This document shows, piece after piece, positions 1 to 14,745 of a stretch of DNA of 64,000 nucleotides. This stretch comes from Bugula neritina (lineage: Eukaryota > Animalia > Bryozoa), in assembly GCA_964035545.1 (NCBI GenBank), contig OZ037765.1, positions 5,156,698 to 5,220,697 of the forward strand, given 5' to 3'. A program made the translations under genes and the position numbers. Below the pieces are notes generated by a model. That model saw only the letters and a list, made by a program, of their open reading frames with translations. It was not told the DNA's origin and did no database searches. The first letter of the stretch is position 1. The number at the start of each line of letters is the position of its first letter.

Positions 1-276
1 GAATCTTTATATTTTAGTGCTGTTGGTTTAATCATCACCCATTTGTAATTGTGGAACTTGAAGCTATATCTAATCATCATAATCATGTGGGCGCTTGCAA
101 ATTCTGTTATACATTGAAACTTATATGAAAATCCAACGGTTGTTTTCAGTAACTATCTTAAATTACTTGAACAATTATTTGTATAATGAACACACCAGCT
201 ATGGCTATAAGTTCATAAATGAAGGCAATTATTCAATGTTGTTTTAATTGATATATTGAGTAGCTTCTTATTTTAG

Positions 277-3006
277 GCAAGAGGAAAGGTGCCTGGAGTC
301 CAAAGTATGCTGTAAGCCCTAAACCCGGTACTGCCGAGCAATACATATATGGTCAGTGGATCCAGGTTGACTTTGCTAAACCAACTCTCATCCAGTCTGT
401 CACTACCAAGGGTTCAGCTACAGCTCTAGAGTTTATCACAGAGTACTACTTGGAATTCTCTTATGATAACCCAAAGAGCTTTGAGCCCTACACCACACCA
501 GCAGCTAAAAAGCCTTTCGTAAGATTTTACTTTATATCAATAAGTTTTCACATCAACTCCATGTGCATTAGTTTTTCTGAAACTCATAATTATGGTGTCT
601 TGAACTCATGATGCTTGCTGTGATTTTCTAGAAGGAAGTTTGTAGAATTTCATTTTTTGCAATTGTTTTGTTTCAGTATTTTGGTGGCAACAATGACTCT
701 ACTACAGCTGTTACTAGAAAGATAGAGTTTCCATTTGAGGCACAATATGTTCGACTAAGACCACGAAAATACTATGGTTATCCTTCACTGAGATGGGCAT
801 TGAATGGATGTCCCCCACCAAGTAAGTTTTGTTGTGAATATACCAGGCGGCAGCTATTTGTTATTAAAACTGGGTAGTTCAGTTTATTTTATTTTAATCT
901 GTTATTTTTTTTCATAATTGTCAATCTTGTGTCATCATCAAATTGCTATTCAGATTTCACTTACCTCAAGTTACTATCTGTTAGTTTAACATATATCCGT
1001 AACTGACTCATGATAGTACAGGGTATCACTATAGAATTTTTGTCTTAGAATAAACCATATAACTTTTATGAAATGGTTTTACAACCTTGTTTTTTATGTG
1101 AGTTCACAAAGCAATCTTATGAAATGTATAAAAATGAATAATAAGACTTGTTTTATGGTATTAGTATCTTTTACATGTCTTTGTTACTCAGAATACTGTG
1201 AGCCAGAGCGACTAGTTACCGGGGAATCTCAGTTATCTGATTGGACGATCAAAACAAGCTCTCTGAAAGACGGTTCTGTTTACGACAGCAGACTGACAGC
1301 ACTTCCTGGAGGCAAGACTCCTAATGGTTGGCTGGCAGCTCTACCAAATGCTTTGGCTAACACTCTGTCTGAACAATGGATACAGGTACATGTGTTTTAA
1401 TTATATTAACTTGGCATGTTTCTAATTTAAATCTCTTCTATTTTTATTCACAAATGAAGTTTCACTGTTTTTTAGTCTGTTAGTTTGTGATTTATAATTG
1501 AATTTGTTTATATAATTTTTATTGATATAATTTATTTATCTGTTGAAGTAAACTTCACTGATTTTTGCTAAAAGTTGTAACGTGTCTTTTGTTTTTTGAA
1601 ATCATAGATCTACTTGATGCGAGAAATGTTGGTGCATGGAATCGTTACAAAAGGCCACAAGATCCAACCTTATTGGGTGAAGTCGTACCAGATACAGACC
1701 AGGTCTGTGATTGGTGGATACAGATTCTATAATTACCAGGAGCCTTATGGAACAATCAAGGTGAGACATGGTTGCTATTTGGTTTTAAAGATGATAATAT
1801 GCCTTTTTCTAAGTTATGTGGTAAGCAAAAACACATTAGTACTATGTTAGAAAGAGTAGATTGTTTTAATGGCTACTAGTGGGTTGCATTATTTACGTAT
1901 GAAGCAACAAGCAAGTGAGTAAATTCAATTTATTCTGAAGTAATTATTTTTGGGATTTAGACTTTCCAAGCCAACACAGATCAAGACACTGAAGTGACAA
2001 ACATGCTGGGTAACCCTATTGTGGCCAAGTATGTTAGAATCATACCTAAAGAGTATAACACTAACATAGCCATGAGAATGGATATTCTAGGCTGCCTGGA
2101 AGGTGAGTGATGGAGCTCAACACTATGTGCCATGTAATCAATGGTTATACAGTTTTGTTTTTTATTTGTTGATTCAATAGAAACACAAGTCATTGTGTTT
2201 GGTCTTCTGGCAGTTTTAAATATAATATTCTCATCAAAATCAAACAATTCATCACATTGTGTTCTCAAATATTGTTCTCTTTTTTATTTAGGCTGCTCTT
2301 TAGCTGCCATGATAAATGGACCAACTCCTCTAGATGACACCAGACTCTCAGCCAGTGGATCTTTATCTTCTGATTTTGGTCCAACCAAAGCTCGTCTGGA
2401 TACCACAGGCTACGCTAGTGCCTGGATTCCTAAGGTGTCAAGGGTTGCCAATGGCAGACCTTTTATCCAGGTAATCTTTTCATATACATTGTGTGCACCT
2501 GATGTTTTAAATTATGAATGTTTCGGTATCAATGGTCTGATTAAGATGTTTGTATATGGTGTATGATAATATTGTTTGTTCCTTGGTAACTTATTTCTGT
2601 TCGTTCTCTACTCAGGTTGATTTTGGTGTGACTGAGCGAATCTCAGCTGTCACAACTCAAGGAAGATCAGATGAAGATCAGTGGGTTACAGCCTACTCCA
2701 TTTCTTATAGTTTTGACGGGAAATCTTTCTACCACTACATACCTGGAATGGTATGAAAGTTCATTTGACTAGTCTAGATATTGATGCTGCTATTGAGCAA
2801 CTCTTCTTTATCTAAATGAATTAAAGCATGCAAATAATTATATCTTTATATATGTACAATTCTGCAGCGGTTTAGAGCAAATAATGACAGAAACACAAAG
2901 AAGAAGAACTTCCTTCCAACCCAAATTGTAGCTCAAGCTATAAGAATTCACCCCTTAACATGGAAAGGAAGGGCTGCTATGCGTATTGAACTCCACGGAT
3001 GTGCAG
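277..3006 (+). other. Exons encoding three F5/8 type C (discoidin) domains
   Basis: Repeated motifs WIQVDF/FIQVDF, VTTKG/VTKGH/VTTQGR, AQYVRLRP/AKYVRIYP/AQAIRIHP and LRWALNGC/MRMDILGC/MRIELHGC. Confidence 0.9.
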
Positions 3007-6000
3007 GTGGGTTTCACAGTCCAACTGAAATTATTCTCCTTCAAGCTGTAGGGTTCTACTGTCTGATAAGATCTTTATCTTCATAACTTTACACAATTGT
3101 ATCAGAATTCGTTGTAAAGCATCACCTTTTTTACCATCCATATTTAGGGGTTTTGTATGACGTTTGATTGTAGGATCTGCTGCAAAGAGTGTCGGCTGTT
3201 TCACCGAAGGAAGTCATGCTGACTCATTTGATGGTCCCACCGCCTACTATACTTACAATAGTCCAAGTAAATGTGCTGCTAACTGCTTCAAACAAGGATT
3301 CATGTATGCCGGCCTTAGCCGATCCACTTGTAAATGTGGCAACTATGTGAGTATTAATCAGTATAGGCGTACGCATAAATAAGATGTATATCTTAGTAAT
3401 AACAGCAGACGTATTGCCAGAAACTCATGATTTTTTAATTATTGGAAAATATCAAAATATATATTCGATATTTTCCTGTACATTGGCAAATGAATCTTTT
3501 ATTTCAGCTTCCTATTGGTGGTGAAAGTAAAAGATGCAACTTCAAATGTCGAGGAGATGACAACTTCTTCTGCGGTGGATATGCAACTGGCATTGTGTCC
3601 ATATATGAAACTGGAATAGGTTAGCTCTCTTCTACACTGTGGTAGACTTGGCAAACAGGCCAATAGCTACAAAATAGATGTTGTAAAGAGTATGATTATC
3701 ATGCAGTAGTTTAATTTACTATATTATTTTATACATTATGCGCTTTAGTCTAACAATAGTTGTGCTGTCTTTTAGTGTTTGATATACTGCAATATGGCAA
3801 TGTAGTCTGGTATAAAACTATATTTTAAATTTAAATCAGCAGTTTATCACTTTATCAAGTCTGTTTATATTGTATTAAGTCAAATTTTTGACCTAATCAG
3901 GTCCCGATGATGAACGCTGTCCTGTGGGATACGACACCTACAACGGCAAATGTTTCAAGATCTCTAAGGCTATACAGAGCTGGCAAGATGCCAGAACTTC
4001 CTGTCTAGCAGAAGGCGGAGACTTGGCTACAATAAATTCTGACGCTGACCAGGCTTATATCAGAACTCAGATGGCCAAATGTTAGTTTATGTTTTGTACT
4101 TAGTATATAGCTATAACGGTCAGAATATAGTCTTCGAAGCTGCTAGTTTATGTTTTACTTTTTCCTATTTGCTGTAGATGACATTTATGTTACTTTTTGT
4201 ACTTTAAATTACAGGCTAGTAGAGAATTGAATTGGTAAAAGTGTTTATTTAAAATATTCTGTTACCGAACACTATTGATATTACTGGAGAGTGAATTTTA
4301 CTGACCATTTGGATATGTGCAACAGCAAAATAGTTTACAGGATCCCAGAATTCTATGTTGAATTATAGATTCACGAAACTGTCACACCCAACTATACCAG
4401 CTATATATACTTGTCATCTAAGCAGCTTTTACCTGCACATTGTTACTAACATGATATTGCATAATTGTGATTAGAAAGCTCAGGCCTCTCAACATCGGTC
4501 ACATGTTAACTGTTGTTAACACGATATAGAAATGTTTGCAGTGGACCGAGGTGCCTGGATTGGTCTAAATGACCTTCAAGATCAAATGTCGTTTGAGTGG
4601 GCTGACGGTAGTCCTGTATTGGCGACATTCTGGCAGCACTCTGAGCCCAACAACCATCTGGGGAAGAGAGAAGATTGTGTCGAGGCCATCTCGTATAAAG
4701 AGGTGTGTGCTGTGCTGCCTATAACAACTATTGTGTATTATTTTTTTTCTGCATATAGCATAATTCTGAGTTGGTTAGACAGACAGAAGTAAGCATTCAT
4801 GGCTAGATGAACCAGGAAAACTGAAATTCCTAGCTAATAATGAAATATCTTCGCTGTTTGCCTGTAAATAAATATAATTGTTGAAGATATATTTTTCTGT
4901 TTAGTTATAAGATTGTTTCTATAGATATTTAATTATTTCCTGCATAGATGGGTCAGGCCTATAAAGGCCAAAACCTAGCTACCAGAAATGGCTGGTGGAA
5001 CGACCGACTTTGTGAGGAGGCCAGATATTCTGTGTGTCAGAGAAGGAAGGTGCGAATGGCCACGCCTCCAACCACTCCAGCCACGCCCCAAGGATGTCCT
5101 TTCGTAAGTCCTGGCTTGTCAATCATTTACAGTCTGATTCTTGCAGTGTTTTAATCAAGTTACCTTTTTGTTATTAAAATGAAGCTTTCTACTCTCTCCT
5201 GTACATTGTATGCATTGTTTAACACCGCATATTTTGATAATTCTTTCAATATCTTTTGCCTCTGATTGTTATGTTTATAGTTGAAATGTGTCTAGATATG
5301 GTACTTTGGCTTGTACTTACAGATGCATAAAATCTATGTTTATTTTCACCGTTTCCGCTTAATGCTTTACATTTATATCTTTGAATTGTTACTTTAGAAC
5401 TGGAAAGCATACAGATACTCTTGCTATTCTTTCATGGAGCATAAAGTATCCTGGGGTAAAGCCAGTTTCACCTGTGGACAGGAAGGTGGCACACTGGTTC
5501 GAGTTAATGATGAGTGAGTGTAGTTTCCTTTTGCACTTGAAGTGCACTCAACATGCACTTAGCATCCACCTAACATCAACTTATTATGAAAAATGGAATA
5601 CAGTTGCAGTACCATTTGTCTACTTTAGCTAATTCATGTTATTCTGATTGATTGAAAAACTTTTGCTCAAAATATTTTACTAGTGAACAAATTTTTGGGT
5701 TAAAATAAATCTACATGCCGCAATTATTTTGTTAGATTTGAACAGAGTTTCCTAACAAAAGAGTTGTATGCTAGACAAGGATACAGGTACGACAAGGCAG
5801 CCACCCGCTACTGGGTTGACCTCCGCTATAAAACTTCTACTAATGAGTTTGTCTGGTCTAATAACTGGGATGTCATTCCATACACTAACTGGGCAGTCGG
5901 CATGCCGTTTGCTAGCTGGGCTCCAACTACAAGTGAGTGCCTTATCTTGTTCTATGATTACTCTCTAATGATATAAACATAATATTTTGTATGATCTTTG

Positions 6001-9000
6001 ATATCAATCATTCACCTCTTTAGTTGTAACTTTTTTCTCTCTTGAATTTTAGCTGCTTTTACTCTAAACGTGTGTGTTTAGCTCAAGGCTTGAGATAGCT
6101 GTGCATGTCGCTGCAGTTGCTTACCTCTCTGTGCATTGTGTGATATTCTACTGGTCGTTTTTTTCAGCTCAACCCAGCGTTAAATCGTGGGCAACCGAGA
6201 CTTCATGTGTGGCTATGAATGGTCAGAATGAGGTGTGGCCGGGTCGCTGGATTACTAAGTCTTGCGCCGATACAGCCTTCCCACTGTGTGAGAGACCTAG
6301 GGATGGGTACAAACAGCCCCCTCTTCCTACCTTAGCACCAGAAGACATTCCCTGTCCTCCAGAATGGATTCCTCTTGGACCAAACTGCTACCAGGTCTGT
6401 GTAACTCCAAACATGTATTTTACTCAACTTGTGTGTTCATGTTTTTTTTTTAAGTTCTGCTTCTCAGACTATATTTTTATCAACTTTTTATTAGATTATT
6501 TATTTAGTTATTATTGATATATTATTATTACTATTTCTTATTATTATTATTATTATATTACTTATTATTATTTATTTAAAAGATCAATCAAGCAAAGGAA
6601 GCCATAGATAAGAAATCCTGGTTAGGTGCTGAGCAGCATTGTGTTAAACAAGGGGCTCATCTCGCTTACCTTAACAACGGAACGGAAAATGAATATTTGT
6701 GGAAAAACCACATTCTGTACGTAAAGTTTTATACTTGAATAGCATGTTGTAGCAATTTCTCCTTTGGTGACAAGTTAGATTTTCAATATCAAGCACACTA
6801 TCGAATGTATGACAGATTTGTATTGCAATGGTATTTATACGTAGATAATGGTTAGATTGGGCTTTTAAATCATTACATACATTTATTTGATGCTGTAAAG
6901 TTAAATAAGTTCAAAAATAAATTTGCTTTTTTTCTGTGCAGTATAATTGATTTGTATAGAAAATGACCAAATTGCACCTTGATGAAAGTATGACTCAACA
7001 ATTTTACAAATTGTTTCTTAAAAACATGCAATGGAGGCAATGGCCTAGTAGTATACAAGTCAATACAGCCTATACTATTAATCACACTGGTTGATTGTGG
7101 CCAGAGAAGTGGTTAGAGACAGATCTTATGACTAATTTTTGTTGAAATCATTCTTTGACATGATAGGAATTTTTCAAAAATATTTTACACAAAATTCAAA
7201 CTAAAAAAGCAGAGTTGTTTCCCCTGCATGCCAAAAATAAAGTTATTAGTAGCAAAAATATTTGTCTCTAATCATCTAATAATGTTATATTATAAGTGCT
7301 AAGTATTACTTTTTCTTTAATAGTGCTATGGCATAGGATACTTTACATTTCTATTGTTCTGTACACCAGTATACTCTGATTTCAGTGAATGTGGTATATA
7401 GGTCTACTTCTAAATTTGTTTTGTTCTGTTTTGTAGAAACCCAAACAGCGACAGCAGCCGATATTGGATCGGATTAAATGACAGAGCTTCAGACAGCGGT
7501 AACCGTCTAGTCGTTTTTCATATCTCAATTTATATCCAACTTTAAGCTATCTATATTTCTGATAGTCTGTTGTCTCCATAGCTTGTATGTTTCTCCTCAG
7601 TATGTGATGACGCATGAACTAACGGGTTGTGTACTAATATCACCCTAAAAGTTGTTGATTTATTTTCTTTTTTAAGGCTACAAGTGGGTGAGTGGCGACG
7701 CATTTGCATACACTAACTGGAAAGAAGGTGAACCCAACGACTGGGATGGACTAGAACCTTGCGTTATGATGGATGGAGCTGATGGTAAATGGAATGATGA
7801 GAAATGTCACCTGCTGATGGACTGGATCTGTAGTGTCAACAGAAGTGAGTGATGCGCATCCTTTTAGTTTTCTAGTTGCTGTGTTCTGAGTAGTTCGTAC
7901 ACTCAAAGCATGTTGTCTCTTGTTCTATTCAGTAGCTTTTTAGTGTGTTAGTGTTATTTTAGTTTAAATTTTTTTTGATATTTAAATGTTTCATTATTTG
8001 TTTGTTTATCAAAGTTGTAAACATAATTGTTAATTTAAGGAAAGTGTGTTACGTGTAAGCAGTAAAATATAATGTTGAAAATGACGTTGTTTTCTTAGCA
8101 ATCTCATGTCAGAAATTTCATTGTCTTTTGTAGACCTGGTGGACAATATGACATCAATAAAGACCACCCCGGAGCCAACACCAGGAGCAAGTAGGCACTT
8201 ACAATTTCACAACTTTTTTCCACTTGACATAACATTAATATTTTAACCAAGTTTTTTTTCAGAATGCTCATCTTGTAATCACACTGTATACTTTTAATTT
8301 TAAAATTTAAAATTTGGCTATTTTTATGAGATGCTACTCACTCAGCAAATGTAATTTAAAGGTGTCTGTGTGTGATTAGGGTGATGGGCTGAGTTTGTTC
8401 ATGACTTTATGCCAACGCCTTGTCAAGCATAGATCTGGTTGTCCTACAGCTGCTATTATATATCAATTGGACTCATTATCATATCACCTGTTCATCACTC
8501 GCTAAGTACATACTATGCCACTTGACTGTCTGTTTCACTCTACAGCTGGACAATGTCCTGATGGGGATGACTGGAAGTTCTTCCAAGGAAACTGCTATTA
8601 TCTGAACACAAAGCAGCAGACGTACAGAGAAGCTTCGACTCTCTGTAACGGTTTTGGTGCTCACCTCGTTTCTATACAGTCATCTATAGAGAACAGTTTT
8701 GTCAGAGCTATAGTAAGTATTGGAGATAATTAATATAGGAGTGTTTAGATGTTATATTGTGAGCACCTAATGTCATGAGTGAAAGAGGTTAAACTAAATT
8801 CATTTGGTTCATGATCTTTCTGTAGTCCAAACATCTGGTAACTGATTTCATCGGGAGAAAGACTCAGAGGTTACCTGGTGGAGTATCCATGACAGTCTGG
8901 ACTGGACTCAATGAGCTGGACAGGTCAAAAGGTCACAGGTTTGTGTCACTTTCAGCTTTGCTCTAAATGATGCTCTTGTTATTTTTAGATTAGTGCCCCA

Positions 9001-12000
9001 AATATGATAATAAGCAAAGGAACGGCATTTGCAATTCTACAGATTTTTGTTTCATAGTTCAACATGAGCAGCTTCTCAGTAATACTCTTAGCCATCTGAT
9101 CTTGCCTTCACCTGTGCCGTGTTCATAATCATGTGCTCAATATCCTGTAGACGCGATTCTGTCCATGTGATAATTATGTCAGAAGTAGATTCTTGCACCA
9201 GTCTGTTCATTTTTTTCTGAGTTATTATTATGTTTCATCAGCAGTACCGGCCGAATAAATGCTCAGTTGTCTATTTACTTCACTCCCTGAGGCTATCCTC
9301 TGTTCACGCAGTAGTTGGCCACTAGACCACGTTTGCTTTATATTGTTGTGAAGTTTAGGATGACTCATAATGCTGCTGACTACTATGTGAAACCTTTGTA
9401 GGTGGTCTGATGGTTCAGGATACAAGTTCTCCAACTGGATACCAGGAGAACCAAATGATTTCGGTGGAGGCGAATACTGCACAGGATTAATGGTAGCCAG
9501 TGGTAAGTTCAGTATTGCAGGGTAACATACAGTGCTATTTTATTATGCTGCTCTTTGTTTCCTGTCATGTTTCCTTGCAGTCCAAGATGTGTTAGACTTT
9601 AAACTCAGTTTTGGTGAATGTCAGAGAAATGCATTTGTTGGAGTTAGATTTTTTTTGCTGTATGGCTTTTGTGTGTTTCTGTTTTTTTGCCAAATCAATC
9701 ATAATCTAAAAACAAGTTAGGGATATATTGCTAATTTACACCTGGCTTTTTTCTCTAATATTAAAATAATATGAAATAAAAAAGGATGGGTGCTATCATA
9801 TTATATTATAAAAAATTTGCCTTTATCGATAAATTATGTAAGTAAGTTATGAATAAGCCGGGGAAAAGGAAACTATTTCGTGTTTATTGAATCTATTCAT
9901 TCTGTATACTCAGGTGAGTGGAATGACATGCACTGCTCAGCGAGAATTCCATCCGTCTGCAAGAAGAACCCAACGTCTGTGAAACCCATAAGTCCTACAC
10001 CTCCCACACTAATAGATGCTTACTGTCCTTCGGGTAGGTCTCAGGATGTGTTGAAAGTTTCTCTTGATTGATATCATTTTTATCTAACTAAAGTCTAAAT
10101 CTTAGCATTGCTTTGCAGTTATCTATGAGAAGGCAACTCTCAATGTGCACACTGGGCGATTATTATGTGTTACGGATATCTTCACTGTGTGACAAGCTAG
10201 AGTGTGGTCATAGTAAGAGGAACCTGAAATTACAATATTACCAATATTGCAGGTTACATGGGTTTTGAGAATGATTGCTACAAGATGGTAGTAAACAAGA
10301 GGTTAAACTGGACGACTGCAGAATTTATTTGTGGTACAGAGGGAGGGCATCTGGCATACATTCGTAACAGCAGAGAGCAGAGTAAGTATTGTAAACAATA
10401 AAATATGTCTATTATTGTAAGTAGCATGTAAATGGTAAAGCAAGATAAAGTGGTATACATACATGTGCTCTTATTTGTGTCTTCAGCTTTCCTGACCAGC
10501 CAGCTGAATGCAGCAAAGAAAGCGAATGTTGCCTTGTGGTTGGGTCTGAAACATGGAAGTCTACACGGAGGTGTGTACTTCCGGCATACTGATTCTTACG
10601 TGTGGTCATCTAATGAAGATGTCACTTATACCAACTGGAATCATGGTGAACCCAATGGACAGAACCAGGTTACTAGTTGTTTGTATTTACCACCTTAATA
10701 CCCCATATGAATCAGTACAATGCATTATATTTTTCTTCATGTATAGTCTTTAAGGTCACACTGGTAGCTATAAGCATTTTTCTGTTAATTTTTTTCTGTC
10801 TTTCTGTGGAGTTGTCTTGTTTCTCCAGAGCCATCAGTGTCACTATAATAAAATTAACTCTGATGTAATAATAGTAATATAGTTGTGAAGCAAAGCATAA
10901 ACACCCATTATTAACATCTATAGTCAGTTTTGTATTTCGGACTGTGCAAGTTTCTTTCACTAGAGTCAATTTACTAGGTTTAATCTTATGCTTTTCATGC
11001 TTAGACTTGAAAATGCTCTCTAGTATTATAACCCTTTTCACCTTCTTACTTTGAAAGTCATTTTGCATGTGAAAACTTTAGGAGGCGTGTACGGAGATGC
11101 TGTTTAACCCAGCTGGCAGGTGGAACGATGTCAGTTGTGCTTCAGAAAGAGGCTATATTTGTCGTAAGCCTAAAGACGGGACTGTAAAGACCCCTCCTGC
11201 CCAAGACAACTCTGGCTGTCCCCAAGGCTTCATTAAATGGGAGAACTCATGCTATAAGTACATCAGGTAATGGCGGGTAAATGTTTTAGTAGTTTTGCTA
11301 ACTTGGATATATTTTCCATGAAATGTTTAAGGGTGATTGCTCTAGAATTGTGACATTGGGTTGAAAATTTTCTCGACAGAGTTTTACTTTTTATAAAAAT
11401 GATATAGATTAGCAACTGCTTTACTTCAATGTTTATAGCCAAAAGGGTGCATGGGGTTACATGGACACGAATTTGTGTGGTTCCGATGCTAACCTTCTAT
11501 CCATTCAAGACCCATATGAGTATGCTTTTGTAAGGACTTTCATGTGGAAGAATAAACTGAGTGAAGATGTGTGGATAGGGTTGACTTCCCCTGCTGTAAG
11601 TTTTTAATTCTTTTAAATACTTGATAAATATATGTATTTGTTTTTAAAAGTAAGAAAGCAACGTTTTTACATTGTTCAGTTGTATGAGAATATTAGGCTT
11701 GTGTTTTTGCAAGTTGTTAACTGCTACATGTCAACTGGCAATGTGTTGTTTACCCTATTTTGAAGTTGTTCACTTAATTTTGAAGTTGAATTTGACTGTT
11801 TTAGAACTCCAACTCATTTAGCTGGTCGAACTCCTGGCCAGTAGTTGTTACTTACTGGGGGGACAATGAGCCAGCCAACTTCAAGTCCCAGGAGGGTTGT
11901 GTGCTTATGAATCCAGGCTATGGCGAGGATGAAGGGAAATGGAGACACACGGTTTGCAATGAAGTGCACACAGCTATATGCAAAAAGCCACTTGGTTAGT

Positions 12001-14664
12001 TCATTAGCTAAACATCCTAATATTATAAGGAATATGTAGTTTAATACTCTTGTACACAGTAGTGTTTCTACTAGCTTCACCACTGTTATGGCCTCTGGGC
12101 TGTCTCTAATATAGTCTGTGTCAGATATAGCCTCTCCTTGTTGTTGGGTAGTTGGCACACTCTTTAGGGTCTAGAAAAGGAGTGGGCAACTTCTTTTGAA
12201 TGAGGGCCAAGTTGTGAAAAGTCCGCCAAAACGAAGGGTCACATAACTATGCACATGTTAAGTTTTAGCAAAGTAATTTGTCACCAAACCTATGCTGTGC
12301 TAATCAGAATGCACAAAACACTTTTACTTATCTTAAGCAATAAAAGGGCTACTGAAAAATTGGCAAAAGGGCCACAGTAAACCCTGGGGGGAGGGGGTCC
12401 AGTTGCCCACTGCTGGTCTAGAGACTGTTTTCTAATAGCTCTGCCTGGATATTTAATATGTTTTACTACAATATTGGCTATATGGGTTGGTTATAACTCA
12501 AGTATATAATTTGGAACACAAGTAGGTGGCGTTGAGCCTTGGAGTATGCACTATGTTACCTTGACCTTTACAGGAGGTATACCGTACCCTCCCGCAAACA
12601 CTGGAGTCTGTCGTACGGCAGCAGGTGAGAACTGGATCCCCAACAGCGATGGTTTCTGTTACCTGTTCAATGTTGACCCACGCTACACGTTTGATGATGC
12701 TGAGAGAGCTTGCAGATCTGCAGGAGGTGACCTGGCATCTATTCACTCTGATGCTGACACTAACTTCATTACCATACAGATGGAACACCTGGATGTTGTC
12801 GGTGGTAATGGCGGCACTAAACATGTCTGGATTGGCTTGAGGAAATCAGATAAAGGTAAGAGTTTCAGTTGTGAAACAAAAATATTTAGCAAAAAAATAA
12901 GTATGTTCATAGCAGGTTAATTACATGCAGTTCCGTCATGTGTGTCTTTGTAGAATGTTTATGGTGTTTGCTGATGTTACTTTATTCTTTTACATGGAAG
13001 GTTTAAAAGTTCTTTTGTTTATATGCAAGTTAAAAAAGAGTAATAATATGAATAGATTATACAGAAACGGTTGAAGATGAGCACTTGATACTTTGCATTC
13101 CCTTCACAGGTTTATGCGTGGCCCTGGAATTTTAAAGCCGGCAGTCCTTAAATCTTTTCAGTTTTAATATAAATGTTTTACAAGCCCTGTGAATCAGCCG
13201 AAAAACTCAAATAGATATTTAACATTTTTCCCATGCAAAAGCTAAACAGTGCTTGAGCTGTCTGTATTGTAGCAGTATGATAAACAGCGTGACCATTTGA
13301 AGTGAACCATGTTTGAGCCTAGCCCTTTCATAAACTTTCAATATATTTTGTTTGTAATTAGATTAGGAACTTCTGGCCAACAATTTATTTGTACTTCAAA
13401 AGAAGTGAAGTTTTATAGTTTTTCGGATTCTAAAATGATAGAATTTACCAGATTTACATTGATTTGGAATTATGCAGGTGCATTTTCATGGACCGACAAC
13501 TCTGCTGTGTTTTATGGTAACTGGGCCCAAAATGAGCCCAACGGTGTAGAGGGCAATGAGAGGTGCACTGAGGTGTACTCCCCGTCTTCTGAGTGGAATG
13601 ATGTTAACTGTCAATCTAAACGGGGATTCATATGTCAGATTAAGCAGGGTAGGTTATTATATGTATCTACATTCTAGCAGGTGCTACTTGCTGCAACTGG
13701 GGACTTGGTCATAAGCAATATGTTAGAGTCGTCGTTCCTTAGTTTATCTTATGATACAGGTGAATGATGGCTCTAAACTAGTTTGTGTAAAGTCATTTAT
13801 AGACACTACATTTTGCTAATCATTGTTTTATTTTTCAAATTCTTTTTATTCAGCCACAAAGTACAAAGTTGACAGTTTTGAAGAGTTGTTTGCTTGGTTT
13901 ATAGTTTGAATAGATTTTAATATTTTACTTGTTTAGAAGAAAAATGAGCAAAAGTTGTTAAAATAGTTTTATATATTTTTACTAATTGTCTTTTACAGGC
14001 AAACAGCCTGCAACATTCAAGACGCCTATAAATGAGCCCCCGACTACCACACCTACCACTGAACCACCAATTGGTAAGTGAAGACAACTACCAATAAATT
14101 TATTTTGCTTACAGATTTGATGAAATTACATTCTGTTAAAATAATACCTTGAGAGTTTATGAACCTTTTGTTTATTTTGAATCATTTGCTATATGTCCAG
14201 TGACTTATTGTAGTTGGCCCGTGTCAACTCCGAGGATGGAAATACTACGACGGGAGTTGTTATCTCATGGTTTCACAGTCTAACGAATATCTAAGGTGGA
14301 ATGAAGCTAATGACTATTGTAAAGCCCCTGGAAGAGAGGCTCATCTGGTGTCAATACAGAGGTTGGTGGTTTGACATTGTATGGCTTTTGACTGGAAGGC
14401 CATTAAGTGTAATTTATATGCATTTTGCAAGTCCTTTAGCAGCTGCTACTATTATACAGTTTTACCGGAAATATTTGAGTGTGCAATACATTGCATTGCA
14501 CCTTACACTGATTTTAACCTTGGTGAAAGCATCTATAGTCACTCAGTTGTAGTGTTCTGTCAATTGTTTTGCAAATGTTTTGTGATGTGTAAAATCTTCT
14601 GTTTCGTCAACAACACACGCACGCACACACGCACATACACGCACACACACGCACATATGCGCAT

Positions 14665-14745
<81 letters not shown>
